Source: Treponema sp. (GTDB taxonomy: Bacteria; Spirochaetota; Spirochaetia; Treponematales; Treponemataceae). Taken from it: a DNA stretch of 64,000 nucleotides. Position 1 is the first letter of the stretch, and every line of letters starts with the position of its first letter. The translations under genes were made by a program, and so were the position numbers. Positions 1 to 9,434 of the stretch are shown here, in pieces. The notes under the pieces are model-generated. The model worked only from the letters and a program-made list of their open reading frames with translations, was not told the origin of the DNA and did not search any database. The stretch is from positions 15,964 to 79,963 of the forward strand of contig JAKSTL010000002.1 of NCBI GenBank assembly GCA_024402595.1, written 5' to 3'.

Positions 1-136
1 CAAAAATCTCATCACATTGTTTATAAGCGTCAGATTTAAGAATCTGTTCACAAATTAACTTACTTTCCCCATCGAGTTTTTTCAGATTTTCCTTCATCAA
101 AAACTTAATCTGGTTCCGTATTTCTTTTTTTTCCAT
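1..136 (-). CDS. 5-formyltetrahydrofolate cyclo-ligase, N-terminal part (runs off the window edge)
   Basis: Not in the ORF track. My translation from ATG at 136 is MEKKEIRNQIKFLMKENLKKLDGESKLICEQILKSDAYKQCDEIF, open to base 1. It fits the K-x-E-[IL]-R...S-x-x-I...Y-x-x-[AC]-x-x-I N-terminus of this family. Confidence 0.65.
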   Translation of the reverse strand, partial: MEKKEIRNQIKFLMKENLKKLDGESKLICEQILKSDAYKQCDEIF

Positions 137-239
137 AAAATCCCTTCAAAATATTAAAAATCTTTTTATTTTTTTTGTAAACCTATTGACTCTTTTTTAT
201 AAAATCAATATTATAATATTCACATTCAACAAGAACTTT

Positions 240-312
240 GGTTCCTTAGCTCAGTTGGTAGAGCATCGGACTGTTAATCCGAGTGTCGCTGGTTCAAGCC
301 CAGCAGGAGCCG
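240..312 (+). tRNA. tRNA-Asn (GTT)
   Basis: Acceptor stem GGTTCCT/AGGAGCC, D arm AGCTCAGTTGGTAGAGC, anticodon arm TCGGA-CTGTTAA-TCCGA, T loop GGTTCAAGCC. CCA is not encoded. Confidence 0.97.
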
Positions 313-314
313 CT

Positions 315-353
315 AAAAGACTTTTGGTTTATATAATCAAAAGTCTTTTTTTT
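315..353 (+). terminator. Intrinsic terminator after tRNA-Asn
   Basis: AAAAGACTTTTGGTT-TATAT-AATCAAAAGTCTTTT hairpin followed by a T run. Confidence 0.75.
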
Positions 354-385
354 ATTTATGGGCATTTTTGCTATCGCAAAAACCA

Positions 386-466
386 GGGGGTTCCGCGGCT
401 TACCTACGGACGGTCCTTCGGACTGCACTTTTGCCCTGCAAAACCGCACCGCTCCATACCCTTTGC
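386..466 (-). repeat. Structured GC-rich intergenic element, copy E
   Basis: Minus strand reads GCAAAGGGTATGGA-GCGG...CCGC-GGAACCCC. It shares an exact 18-mer (GGCTTACCTACGGACGGT on the + strand) with the copy at 59429-59513. Confidence 0.75.
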
Positions 467-469
467 CTA

Positions 470-482
470 GGGGTCTGTCCCC
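470..482 (-). repeat. Single GGGGACAGACCCC palindromic repeat
   Basis: GGGGTCTGTCCCC on the + strand, immediately 5' of element E in the same orientation. Confidence 0.85.
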
Positions 483-492
483 CATTGTGCTA

Positions 493-1755
493 TTACAAAA
501 CTTCTTCTTCAAAGACAATACTCAAATCTTCTGTTAAAATTTCTTTCCAAGCTTCCTTGTATGCATCAAGACAACCAGCGGGAATAACAATTACCAAATC
601 TTTCTTAAGATTATCTTTACCAATTTCAGGAGCAGTCGGGCTTTTAAAATAAATCTTTTCTAACTTATCACATTTTGCCAGAGAACTGTCCCCTATCGAC
701 TCAATTTTTTCAGGTATCACAATCTGTTCAAGATTTGAACATTCATAAAAAAGATTATCAGAAAGTCTTGTCATAGAATTCGACAAAATAACGCTTGCTA
801 ATTTTTTACAGCCCTTAAAACAACTGTCCCCAACCGAAATAACATTATCTGGTATTTTTATAGATTCCAAAGCTTCACAACCAGAAAAAACTTCTTTTGG
901 TAATTCTTTAAACTTTTCATTTTCAGAAAGATTAAATGCTGTTAATTTCTTGCAATTATAAAAAACCGAATTTCCAATTTTAATTAACCTATCAGAATCT
1001 GCAATTGTTATTTTTTCCAGCGCTGAACAATCGTAAAACAACCCTTCCGCCAATTCCGATATTTCCTCAGGCAGCAAAATAGTTTTTAATGCCTTGCATC
1101 CTCTGAACACATTTTGTTCTAAAACTGTAACTCCTTCTGGTAAACTTATTGACTCTAATTTTGAACAGTTTTTAAAAAAATCTTTCGGAAGCTTTACTGT
1201 TGGTGATTTTTCATTATCTCCATATTTGTCATTCCCTGTATTGATTTTAACACTTTCAAAGTTCTTCAATTCTGTCAAAGATGAACAACCTTCAAAAGTA
1301 ACTGTATCGGGGGACAGTTCTATCCCTTCTTTCAAAATAATCCTTTCTAATTTAGCACAATCTTTAAACGAGGGAACTGTCCCCAAACTGGCGGGAAGAA
1401 CAGAATATTCACTTGCATTTCCAACAACACATATTTTCTCTAAGTTCTTACAGCCTTCAAAAGTATCTATTTCTTCCACTGTATTAGGAAAAGCAATAGT
1501 TTTCATAGTGGACAATCCGGCGGCACCTTTTAATTCAACTTTTACAACACTTTTTCCTGCAACAAGTTCTGGTATAATCAGTTCATTCACAACACTTTGG
1601 TAAGATAAAGTTGCATTATCTTTGGTAAGCCGAACTTTTACCTGAATATCTTCATTTCCAAGGTCTGTTTTCATATAGCTGGTTTCAAAATTACTGCATC
1701 CCCACAAAAGCAAAAAAGAACCAATTGAAAGGATAAATAAAAATCTCTTTTTCAT
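493..1755 (-). CDS. BspA-like leucine-rich-repeat (LRR_5) lipoprotein
   Basis: Signal peptide with lipobox LLLWG-C. Tandem TpLRR-type repeats such as FxGCxxLxxIxLPxxxxxIxxxxF. Confidence 0.9.
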   Translation of the reverse strand: MKKRFLFILSIGSFLLLWGCSNFETSYMKTDLGNEDIQVKVRLTKDNATLSYQSVVNELIIPELVAGKSVVKVELKGAAGLSTMKTIAFPNTVEEIDTFEGCKNLEKICVVGNASEYSVLPASLGTVPSFKDCAKLERIILKEGIELSPDTVTFEGCSSLTELKNFESVKINTGNDKYGDNEKSPTVKLPKDFFKNCSKLESISLPEGVTVLEQNVFRGCKALKTILLPEEISELAEGLFYDCSALEKITIADSDRLIKIGNSVFYNCKKLTAFNLSENEKFKELPKEVFSGCEALESIKIPDNVISVGDSCFKGCKKLASVILSNSMTRLSDNLFYECSNLEQIVIPEKIESIGDSSLAKCDKLEKIYFKSPTAPEIGKDNLKKDLVIVIPAGCLDAYKEAWKEILTEDLSIVFEEEVL

Positions 1756-1756
1756 C

Positions 1757-2503
1757 TTAAAACCTCTTTGAAGGAATCATGTATGTCATACCAACATTAA
1801 TTCTATGAACTATATCCTTCTTTGTATCTCTCTTATTTTCATCAGGAATCCAAGGATGTAACAAGAAGGTATAAGACGCCGAAAATCCAATTCTATCAAA
1901 TAAAACATACCTGATTTTTACAGGAATACCTAATCCCATAGAATAAATAAGTGTGTTTGTACTGTTTTCCCCAATTGTTTGTTTATTTTTGTACCAGCTT
2001 TGGGTAAAACACAATCCTGTTGCCAATGTTAAATCCGGAAATATTTCATACAAAAAGCAAATCTCTGGAGTATATATTGTAATAATTTTATTTTGTTCTT
2101 CTTTTACAAGGGTGTTTTTATTATTACTAGAATTAAAATTAGAAAATCCGTATTCAGCACCAAGAGAAATAGAAAGGCCAAATATTCCAAAATGAATCTC
2201 TGTTAAATCAACTGAAAAACTAATTTGAAAAAAATTACCAGGATTCTTCTTTTCATAGTTTTCCTGTGAAAAATAATCTTTGAATTGATTATCAATATTA
2301 ATGCCAGCGCTTAAATTAAGATTTGTATAGACTCTATAATCATCAACCGACAATTCTGCTGTATTTTGAAAAAATTGAAAAGAAGCCTGCTCCAATTCAA
2401 CAATCGAATCAGAAACAGGCTTAAAAGCCTCACAGAATTGACTGGCAAAACTGTGAGATGAAATAAACAGAAATATAAAAATTATAATCGCCCGTAGCTT
2501 CAT
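1757..2503 (-). CDS. Exported protein, probable small outer-membrane beta-barrel
   Basis: Signal peptide, alternating hydrophobic strands, C-terminal HRINVGMTY strand. Confidence 0.55.
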   Translation of the reverse strand: MKLRAIIIFIFLFISSHSFASQFCEAFKPVSDSIVELEQASFQFFQNTAELSVDDYRVYTNLNLSAGINIDNQFKDYFSQENYEKKNPGNFFQISFSVDLTEIHFGIFGLSISLGAEYGFSNFNSSNNKNTLVKEEQNKIITIYTPEICFLYEIFPDLTLATGLCFTQSWYKNKQTIGENSTNTLIYSMGLGIPVKIRYVLFDRIGFSASYTFLLHPWIPDENKRDTKKDIVHRINVGMTYMIPSKRF

Positions 2504-2507
2504 AAGT

Positions 2508-5500
2508 TTATTTTACCAAAATAAACTCAACTCGTCGATTCTTCCAGTTATTATCTGTATCTTTTGAATTAACAACAGGCTTTGTACCGCCCATACCTTC
2601 AGTTATAACATTGTTTGCACTAACGCCTTTCTTTACAAGATAAGCCTTAATTGCATCTGCTCGTTCTTTGGAAAGTGGCATAAGAGCTCTACCCCAAACT
2701 CTTGGATTATCCACTGTTTCTTCATCAATGTTGTCAGAAATACGGTTTGCATGTCCTTGAATTGTAACTTTATAATCAGGGAACTTTTTAAGGATTTCTG
2801 CAATACGATTCAAGATTTCCACATTTTTCTGAACCTGTTCAGCTGTAAGCTTAGCATTTGTATTCTGGAAGTTTGCTGCATCAGATTCAAAAATGATTGA
2901 AGGAACTGCCATCTTAAGAACATTACCTTCGCGAATAACAAGAACATCTACAGGAATTACACCTTCATAAACAGAAGTCATTCCAAGATTGTCAGTTACT
3001 GTAAATGCATAAGGATAATCCATAGCAGACTGAACTCGTTCTGCATTTCCAGAAGCATCTTTCTGCAAATTACTCAAACCATCCCAAATGATTCGTTCTG
3101 TAATCTGAGATTTTCCTTCTGTCTTCCAGAATGCTTTTCCTTTTGGATCGTTAATAACAAAAGACCAATTCTTAATTTTTGCTTTTGTTGTACCAGTCAG
3201 ACGAATGAACAAGTCATCATCCACACCATCGTTGTCCGGACTAAAGAACTCTGGAGCTGTCTGCACTCTAAGTTGAGGAGGAGTTGCTGTACAAATAAAT
3301 GGAGATGAAACTGAACTTACTCTGTTACCTTTTTTGTAAAGTACATCCAAAGTACCTGTAAAGGTTCCTTCACATGCATTTCCATCTTTATCGGCTCCAT
3401 TCCACTTAATTTCTGCTGGCAAAGATGGACGGTCTTTATCTGAAAGTTCATAAACAGAAGTTCCATCTTCTTGTCTAATATTAAAGTTCCATGTCAACAA
3501 ATCTTCTGTAACACTAGCTCTTATTTCAAAAATCTGCTGGTCTAAAGTTCCATCATCGTTTGGAGAAATACCTTCAAACTCAGATGTCAGATAAAGTTTT
3601 GTTTCTCTGTTATCCAGCACAATTTCTTTAATAGCTGTACTGAATGTATTTCCTGCATCATCTGTTGACGAAATTACAATACTGTATTTTCCATCTGCTG
3701 CGAGATTTCCTGATTCATCTGTACCATCCCAGTCAAAGTTTGTCTTTACACCATTCCAAGAAGTTTTCTTAACTACAGCATTTTTTTCATTACGAACTTC
3801 TACATTCCAAAGTTTTTCGTTTGTACATTCAGAAATTACTACAGGAATATTATCTTGATTTCCATCGGCATCTGGAGAGAAATAAATCCAAGGAATCTCT
3901 GGTACTAAATAAGGAGCTTTTGTATCCAACTCGAAAGCTTGAGTGCCCGCTTCTGCTGTTGAACCATTGGCCGCTGTAACAGAAAGTTTTGCAGTATACA
4001 TTCCATCATCACAGCGAACGCCATCATCACCATTACCATTCCAGATGAAGTTTGAAGGAAGTTTTTTGTTTTCAGATTTTGTATAAACTGTCTTTCCTTC
4101 TCCATCAGCAATTACAAAACTATATGCAACTACATCCTTTGTTTGAGTTATAGGATTAAAGGTGATTGTGTCTTTTACTTTGTTTGCATTTGGAGAGAAT
4201 GCAGTTTCTGTCATAGCCAGTAAAAGCTGAGTTTCTGTAGTATCAAAAGTAACAGTATCAATTGAAGAAGCGCCACCTTTATTTCCAGCCATATCTGTTG
4301 CAGAAAGAACCATAACATATTCGCCTTTTTCTGCAATTCCACCTTTATCATTAATACCATTCCATACAATGCTTTCTGGTGGGAACTCGCCTAAATCATA
4401 AGAACGAACTACGGTTTCATCGGTAACAGATTTTATTTCTGCCTTCCAGTTTGTTACAGGAGAACCGTTTGAAGGTGTAATCATAATTGAGAAAGTAACA
4501 TCAGCTTTTGCACCTGCACCAAAAACTTTGTCAGACACTCTAACTTGAGCAACAGGTTTTTCTGTATCAAGAACAAATACTGGCGAAGAAATCTTTGATG
4601 GAACATAGCCATTTAAATATTTAGCAGTTACATAAGCCTGATATTCACCATCTGGAAGTGGAGTTCCTTTATCATCATCACCGGTAATTGTAATTGCCGC
4701 TGGTGGGATTGCACCATCCTTTGTTTGATTAAAACTTTTTACAAGTTTTCCAGATTTATCTGTAATTCCAACTTCCCATTCTGTAAGCTTATTACCAGTT
4801 TTTTCTTCTGGAACTGGAATTGTAAGATTAAGCATAACCGAAGCTAAAGAACTGTCTGTTCGAGGAGAAAAATATCTTGAACCGTTGATGAAAATATTTG
4901 TAGCTGGCTTTTCTGCTGAATAAATGATATTTGAAATTATAGACTGTGGAGCTGTGTTTCCGGCTCTATCGGTAGCTGTAATTTCATAAGAATAAACACC
5001 GTCAGGAATCTGAGTGCCTTCATCATCTGTTCCCTTCCAACTGATAGTTTCTGGGGCTGCATTTATCCATTTATAAGTTTTGAACACTCTTCCGTCAATG
5101 CCTTTAAACACTGCGGTCCATTCATCTTCAACAGAACCTTCCTGGGTAACTTTGAAGGCTGCTTTTGCTCCTTCACCAAATATTTTATCTCCTGGCTGAT
5201 TAAGTTCAATTTCAGGAGCTACAGTATCAACTACAATCGTAAACTCTTTTGTACGACCTTCGTTACCATTATCATCAGTTGCGGTCAAATAATAATAATA
5301 TGTACCGTCTGGAGCTGTTTCACCATTATTCATAGCTCCATTCCAAATAATCTGCTCTGGAATCTGAACTCCCTGTTTTTTTGCAAGAAGCTGTTTAAAG
5401 AAAGATTTAACTGTTAATTTTGAAGGAAGAGCCACCTTGTTTTCGATTGTTCGGACTACATTTTTATTTTCGTCCATAATAACAAGGCTCCATCCCTGAA

Positions 5501-5651
5501 CATATCGTTTGTCGCTAATACCAGGACGAAGCACTAATTCATCCTGAATACCATCGTTGTTTGGAGAGATATAATAAGTTTTAGGAGCAGCAAAAAGTCC
5601 TGTAAGAACACAACCTGTAATTACTAAAGCTAAAAATATTGATTTTTTCAT
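2508..5651 (-). CDS. Periplasmic protein with about 8 FlgD-Ig/CHU_C-like repeats and a C-terminal OmpA peptidoglycan-binding domain
   Basis: Repeated [FI]SPxxDG ... WxGxxxxG...DGxY units. The C-terminus has I-x-GHA...LSxxRAxAIxxYL...NRRVEF. Confidence 0.88.
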   Translation of the reverse strand: MKKSIFLALVITGCVLTGLFAAPKTYYISPNNDGIQDELVLRPGISDKRYVQGWSLVIMDENKNVVRTIENKVALPSKLTVKSFFKQLLAKKQGVQIPEQIIWNGAMNNGETAPDGTYYYYLTATDDNGNEGRTKEFTIVVDTVAPEIELNQPGDKIFGEGAKAAFKVTQEGSVEDEWTAVFKGIDGRVFKTYKWINAAPETISWKGTDDEGTQIPDGVYSYEITATDRAGNTAPQSIISNIIYSAEKPATNIFINGSRYFSPRTDSSLASVMLNLTIPVPEEKTGNKLTEWEVGITDKSGKLVKSFNQTKDGAIPPAAITITGDDDKGTPLPDGEYQAYVTAKYLNGYVPSKISSPVFVLDTEKPVAQVRVSDKVFGAGAKADVTFSIMITPSNGSPVTNWKAEIKSVTDETVVRSYDLGEFPPESIVWNGINDKGGIAEKGEYVMVLSATDMAGNKGGASSIDTVTFDTTETQLLLAMTETAFSPNANKVKDTITFNPITQTKDVVAYSFVIADGEGKTVYTKSENKKLPSNFIWNGNGDDGVRCDDGMYTAKLSVTAANGSTAEAGTQAFELDTKAPYLVPEIPWIYFSPDADGNQDNIPVVISECTNEKLWNVEVRNEKNAVVKKTSWNGVKTNFDWDGTDESGNLAADGKYSIVISSTDDAGNTFSTAIKEIVLDNRETKLYLTSEFEGISPNDDGTLDQQIFEIRASVTEDLLTWNFNIRQEDGTSVYELSDKDRPSLPAEIKWNGADKDGNACEGTFTGTLDVLYKKGNRVSSVSSPFICTATPPQLRVQTAPEFFSPDNDGVDDDLFIRLTGTTKAKIKNWSFVINDPKGKAFWKTEGKSQITERIIWDGLSNLQKDASGNAERVQSAMDYPYAFTVTDNLGMTSVYEGVIPVDVLVIREGNVLKMAVPSIIFESDAANFQNTNAKLTAEQVQKNVEILNRIAEILKKFPDYKVTIQGHANRISDNIDEETVDNPRVWGRALMPLSKERADAIKAYLVKKGVSANNVITEGMGGTKPVVNSKDTDNNWKNRRVEFILVK

Positions 5652-6784
5652 TATTTTTCTCCTTCTGTAGACTCATTAAGGGTCTCATCTGTAAGTTCTT
5701 CATCATCAATCCAAAGTTTGATTACCGGTGGAGTCTTATCTTTAAGACCAAGATCAACATCAGCACCAAAAGAAACTGCATTTATTCCACCATAAAGCTG
5801 TTTCCATGCACTATTTACAGACATTTCACTCTGGCTCCATCCATTTTTTGCCAGATATTCGCTGTTTTTTACATCAAAAGTAAATCTGAATGTAATGCCA
5901 ACAGATGGAATTACATTTACATAACCCTTTGCCAGCTCCAGTACATTAAACTTATCGGAAACACTCACATAGAACATATCTTTTATAGAAAGCTGCAGGC
6001 CCATATCCGCAATAAGATTCATAAACATTGGAGTTGTTAAATCAAAGGAACCAGCCAGCTTTATCACTTTGTTTGAATAGAAAGTTCCCGCTGCACCAGC
6101 TTTAAGTGTTGCTATGGTTGGAAGGCCTAGTTTTGCGTCATAAAGTGTAGCGCCATCATCTGTTTTTATTCTTGGCAAAGTTGTGTGATTAAGATTTTTA
6201 CCAAGATTCAAAAGAGATGCTCCAAATCTAAAGTCTTTTACTGGACCAAGATTTCCCCACACATACAAAAAACCAAGGTTTGCGGAAAGAAGCCAGTCTG
6301 TATCTGCACCCCAGAAAATGCCTGTGTTCAGATTCATTCCGATATCAAGTTTATCTGTTATTTCCTTTGAAAGGCCAGCTTTCATGGTCATTGAATTACC
6401 AACATTCAAAGGGTCAAGAGAACAGAATGTTCCGTTGTAATAACCGGACAAAACAGCCCATTTAAATGGAATTAAAATACCAGCCTGTAAAGCATCTCCG
6501 AACTTTTCCCCATCACCAGAACCAAACAGTAAAGTATTTGCAAGATTCAAACCAACCCGTTGATTTGAAGCGGTAAGGGCTGGATTTACATTCATTGCTT
6601 CAGGACCAGCGTAAAACAATCCTCCTCCTGTAACAGAAGCTCCATTTGAAAGAGTTCGTGGACTTGAAAGCTCATAGAAACTGTCGCCGCCAACCGATGG
6701 ATTGTAAAAATAATCTTTTGCAAAAGCAGTGTTTAGTAAAACAAAAATAGAAAGCGTGATTATAGCAATTTTTTTCATCTTCAT
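5651..6784 (-). CDS. Outer-membrane beta-barrel of the FadL/PorV/UPF0164-like type
   Basis: Signal peptide, SPRTLSNG...AMNVNPAL N-terminal motif, FGASLLNLG and LPTxxxLxAG strands. The stop codon overlaps the downstream ATG. Confidence 0.65.
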   Translation of the reverse strand: MKMKKIAIITLSIFVLLNTAFAKDYFYNPSVGGDSFYELSSPRTLSNGASVTGGGLFYAGPEAMNVNPALTASNQRVGLNLANTLLFGSGDGEKFGDALQAGILIPFKWAVLSGYYNGTFCSLDPLNVGNSMTMKAGLSKEITDKLDIGMNLNTGIFWGADTDWLLSANLGFLYVWGNLGPVKDFRFGASLLNLGKNLNHTTLPRIKTDDGATLYDAKLGLPTIATLKAGAAGTFYSNKVIKLAGSFDLTTPMFMNLIADMGLQLSIKDMFYVSVSDKFNVLELAKGYVNVIPSVGITFRFTFDVKNSEYLAKNGWSQSEMSVNSAWKQLYGGINAVSFGADVDLGLKDKTPPVIKLWIDDEELTDETLNESTEGEK

Positions 6785-7077
6785 TTCTCCTATCTCCTAT
6801 TTTTTATAGAAAGATTTTTATGCAATTGATTTATCTCCGAGATTTTTGTAGGACTTTTAAAAATTTCTTTTTAACCGAAATATAACACAGTATTATAAAG
6901 AATGGTTACAGTTTGTTCTATAAGTATTTTGTATTATACAGGCTTATTATATTTATAGAAGATTTTATCAGATTCATTCATCAAAGTTATATTTTTACCA
7001 TATTTATGGCGGTCTTTAATTGAGCGGGTCATGCTTTATGTTGATAATTTGAGAAAATTGACATATATTAATAAGAT

Positions 7078-8643
7078 ATGAGTTCAACTAATAAAGCACC
7101 TAAAAATAAGTCATCATCTAATGCGAAAGAAGGATTTTTTCAAACTCTCATTAATAATCTTTTTAATTCCAACAGTCCAGAAGCAGAATTAAAAAGAAAG
7201 ATGAAGTCTATTGCAAAGGCTCTTTCTAAGACTAAATATCATGTTTTTTATAAGCCTGCAACTTTTGAAGTTCTGCCTCCTTTTGCTAAACTTTTTTATG
7301 ATATTTATAAAATTGTAGCCTCAGCTCAGATAATCTTCCGGGGAAATCAGAATCCTAACTTTTTTAAACATCAGATTGTTAATTTTTCACTTTCTGAACA
7401 TCAGGTTGAACTTCTTGAACATTTTGATGAACACAAAATTATAGAAATGTCTAAAAAACTTCCTGCCGAAAAATTGAAGGAACAAGTGGAAGCTGATTTA
7501 GTTCAATTTTCTACAGAGTTCACCACTGAAAGAATTAATAAAATAGAAAATATTTATACAGCATTTTCACTTTTTAATGATTTTTGCAGTTTTGATTATT
7601 ATGCCTTGTTAAAAAAGTTTGCTTCATCTTTGCAGGAAAATAATTTCACCGATGTTCCTAATTTTGATAAATTAAATGCGGAATATATCGTTGATGATTT
7701 GAAAGATTTTTGTTTGATTGCTTATCCTATCACAAACGAAACCATTATTTGGAATGATTTGTTTGAATTTCTAAAAGCTTCATATTCTGCCGATTTAGTA
7801 ACTCTTGGAACCTGGAAAAAGGTCGTTGCAAAAATCCGCGCCATACAAAGTTCATCCGCTTTTGAAATGATGATTCGTCATATTTCACGAAATCCAAAGT
7901 ACATTACTGATGTGCGCACAAACATTCCAACTATTGTAGATTCTTACACCGAAAAAATTCAGTCAGATACTCATGCTATTCTTTCTCGTCTGGTAAATCA
8001 GGAAAAAGAATCTAAAGCCGCAAACTTGTGCAGTCAAATTTTTGGTGAAACAGAATTAAAAGGATTAAAAAATTATGTTCCAAGTGTAAATTCTAATTTG
8101 GAACGAAAAAATTTGGAAACTTTCTGTTTTTGCGAACCTTTGAATTATCTTAAGGTTTTCCTTGTGGAATTTGTAAAAAAAGATATTCGGGAATTTTTTG
8201 ATGTTGTGGTTATTCGCGGACAATGGGATTCTCAACTTTCTGCGCCAATGTCAAACGCTTATCAGGAACTTTTGAAAATTTCTGATGAAATTACTAAATT
8301 TGATAACGCGGTGGCAGAAAACGGTTCTATTGGTACAAAAATTAAAACAACTTTACCAAAGGTTGGGCACGATTCCAATGCCGAATCAATTATGAACAGA
8401 ATTGTTATTGATACAAATGAAATGGCAAAACATTATATTCTGACTTCAACACAAGATTGTATTACCATTGGGCGAACTGTAAAACAACTGATAGAAGATT
8501 ATTCTAAACAAAAACCAGAACTTATTTCCAACTGGCGTGAACTTGAACGATTCCTTGACCATCCTATGAAAGATTTTTCTGTTAATATTTACAAAAAACT
8601 CTATCTGTTTGTTCAGCTTATGCAGCAATATTTGGGAAAATAG
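7078..8643 (+). CDS. Conserved spirochete protein (DUF5312-like)
   Basis: 521-aa helical protein. The N-terminus (FFQTLINNLFNSNSPEAELKRKMKSIAKAL...YKP) resembles spirochete DUF5312 proteins. Confidence 0.6.
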   Translation: MSSTNKAPKNKSSSNAKEGFFQTLINNLFNSNSPEAELKRKMKSIAKALSKTKYHVFYKPATFEVLPPFAKLFYDIYKIVASAQIIFRGNQNPNFFKHQIVNFSLSEHQVELLEHFDEHKIIEMSKKLPAEKLKEQVEADLVQFSTEFTTERINKIENIYTAFSLFNDFCSFDYYALLKKFASSLQENNFTDVPNFDKLNAEYIVDDLKDFCLIAYPITNETIIWNDLFEFLKASYSADLVTLGTWKKVVAKIRAIQSSSAFEMMIRHISRNPKYITDVRTNIPTIVDSYTEKIQSDTHAILSRLVNQEKESKAANLCSQIFGETELKGLKNYVPSVNSNLERKNLETFCFCEPLNYLKVFLVEFVKKDIREFFDVVVIRGQWDSQLSAPMSNAYQELLKISDEITKFDNAVAENGSIGTKIKTTLPKVGHDSNAESIMNRIVIDTNEMAKHYILTSTQDCITIGRTVKQLIEDYSKQKPELISNWRELERFLDHPMKDFSVNIYKKLYLFVQLMQQYLGK

Positions 8644-8674
8644 ATTTTCTCTTTACCAATCATAACCGATTAAA

Positions 8675-8715
8675 AAAAGGCTGTCTGAATATGATTTTTA
8701 TTCAAACAGCCTTTT
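8675..8715. terminator. Bidirectional intrinsic terminator between convergent genes
   Basis: AAAAGGCTGTCTGAATA / TATTCAAACAGCCTTTT inverted repeat with A and T tails. Confidence 0.8.
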
Positions 8716-8750
8716 CTATTTTTTTATCTTTGATTCATTAAAATTGCTTT

Positions 8751-9419
8751 TTATCTATTAGCCTGAAGTTTATTTGCCAAATGAGTTCCTATCAACTGAA
8801 TAACTTCGACCAAAACAAGAATAACAACTACAGAACCAATCATATATTCAACACGATAACGCTGATATCCATAACGGATTGCCACATCACCAAGACCACC
8901 ACCACCAACGGTTCCGGCCATTGCTGAATAACCAATTAAGTTGATAATTGTAAGAGTAATTCCATTTACGATTGAAGGTAATGCTTCTGGCAATAAAACC
9001 TTAAAAATAATCTGTTTATTGGTAGAACCCATAGCCTTTGCAGCCTGAATAACACCAGGATCCACTTCTTTTAAACTAGATTCAATAACTCGAGCAACAA
9101 AAGGTGCGGCGGCAATAGTTAAAGGAACAATAGAAGCCTTTGTACCAATTGCTGTGTGAACTATACCCCTTGTAAACGGAAACAACAAAATTACCAGAAT
9201 AACAAAAGGAATTGCTCTCAAAATATTTATAATTACTGATAATATTTGATTCAGAACTTTTCTAGAACGCAAACCTGTAGTGGGATCACTGGTGCAAAGT
9301 AAAATCCCAAGAGGAAGTCCTAAAATCAAACTGAAAATTGTGGAAAAGAAAACCATAACAAAGGTTTGCCAGGTTGCAGTTCCAATTACCGATAAATACT
9401 TTACCATTTCTGGATTCAT
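8751..9419 (-). CDS. metI: Methionine ABC transporter permease
   Basis: NILRAIPFVIL, EVDPGVIQAAKAMG (EAA loop), GYSAMAGTVGGGGLGDVAIRYGYQR. Confidence 0.95.
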   Translation of the reverse strand: MNPEMVKYLSVIGTATWQTFVMVFFSTIFSLILGLPLGILLCTSDPTTGLRSRKVLNQILSVIINILRAIPFVILVILLFPFTRGIVHTAIGTKASIVPLTIAAAPFVARVIESSLKEVDPGVIQAAKAMGSTNKQIIFKVLLPEALPSIVNGITLTIINLIGYSAMAGTVGGGGLGDVAIRYGYQRYRVEYMIGSVVVILVLVEVIQLIGTHLANKLQANR

Positions 9420-9434
9420 TTTTTACCTCCAAAC

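Noticed and set aside
240-500. Integrative element at tRNA-Asn
   Set aside because: There is no integrase, and I saw no duplicated tRNA 3' end elsewhere in the window.
186-652. ORFs 186..470, 294..518 and 368..652
   Set aside because: They overlap the tRNA, its terminator and repeat elements, and show no protein motifs.
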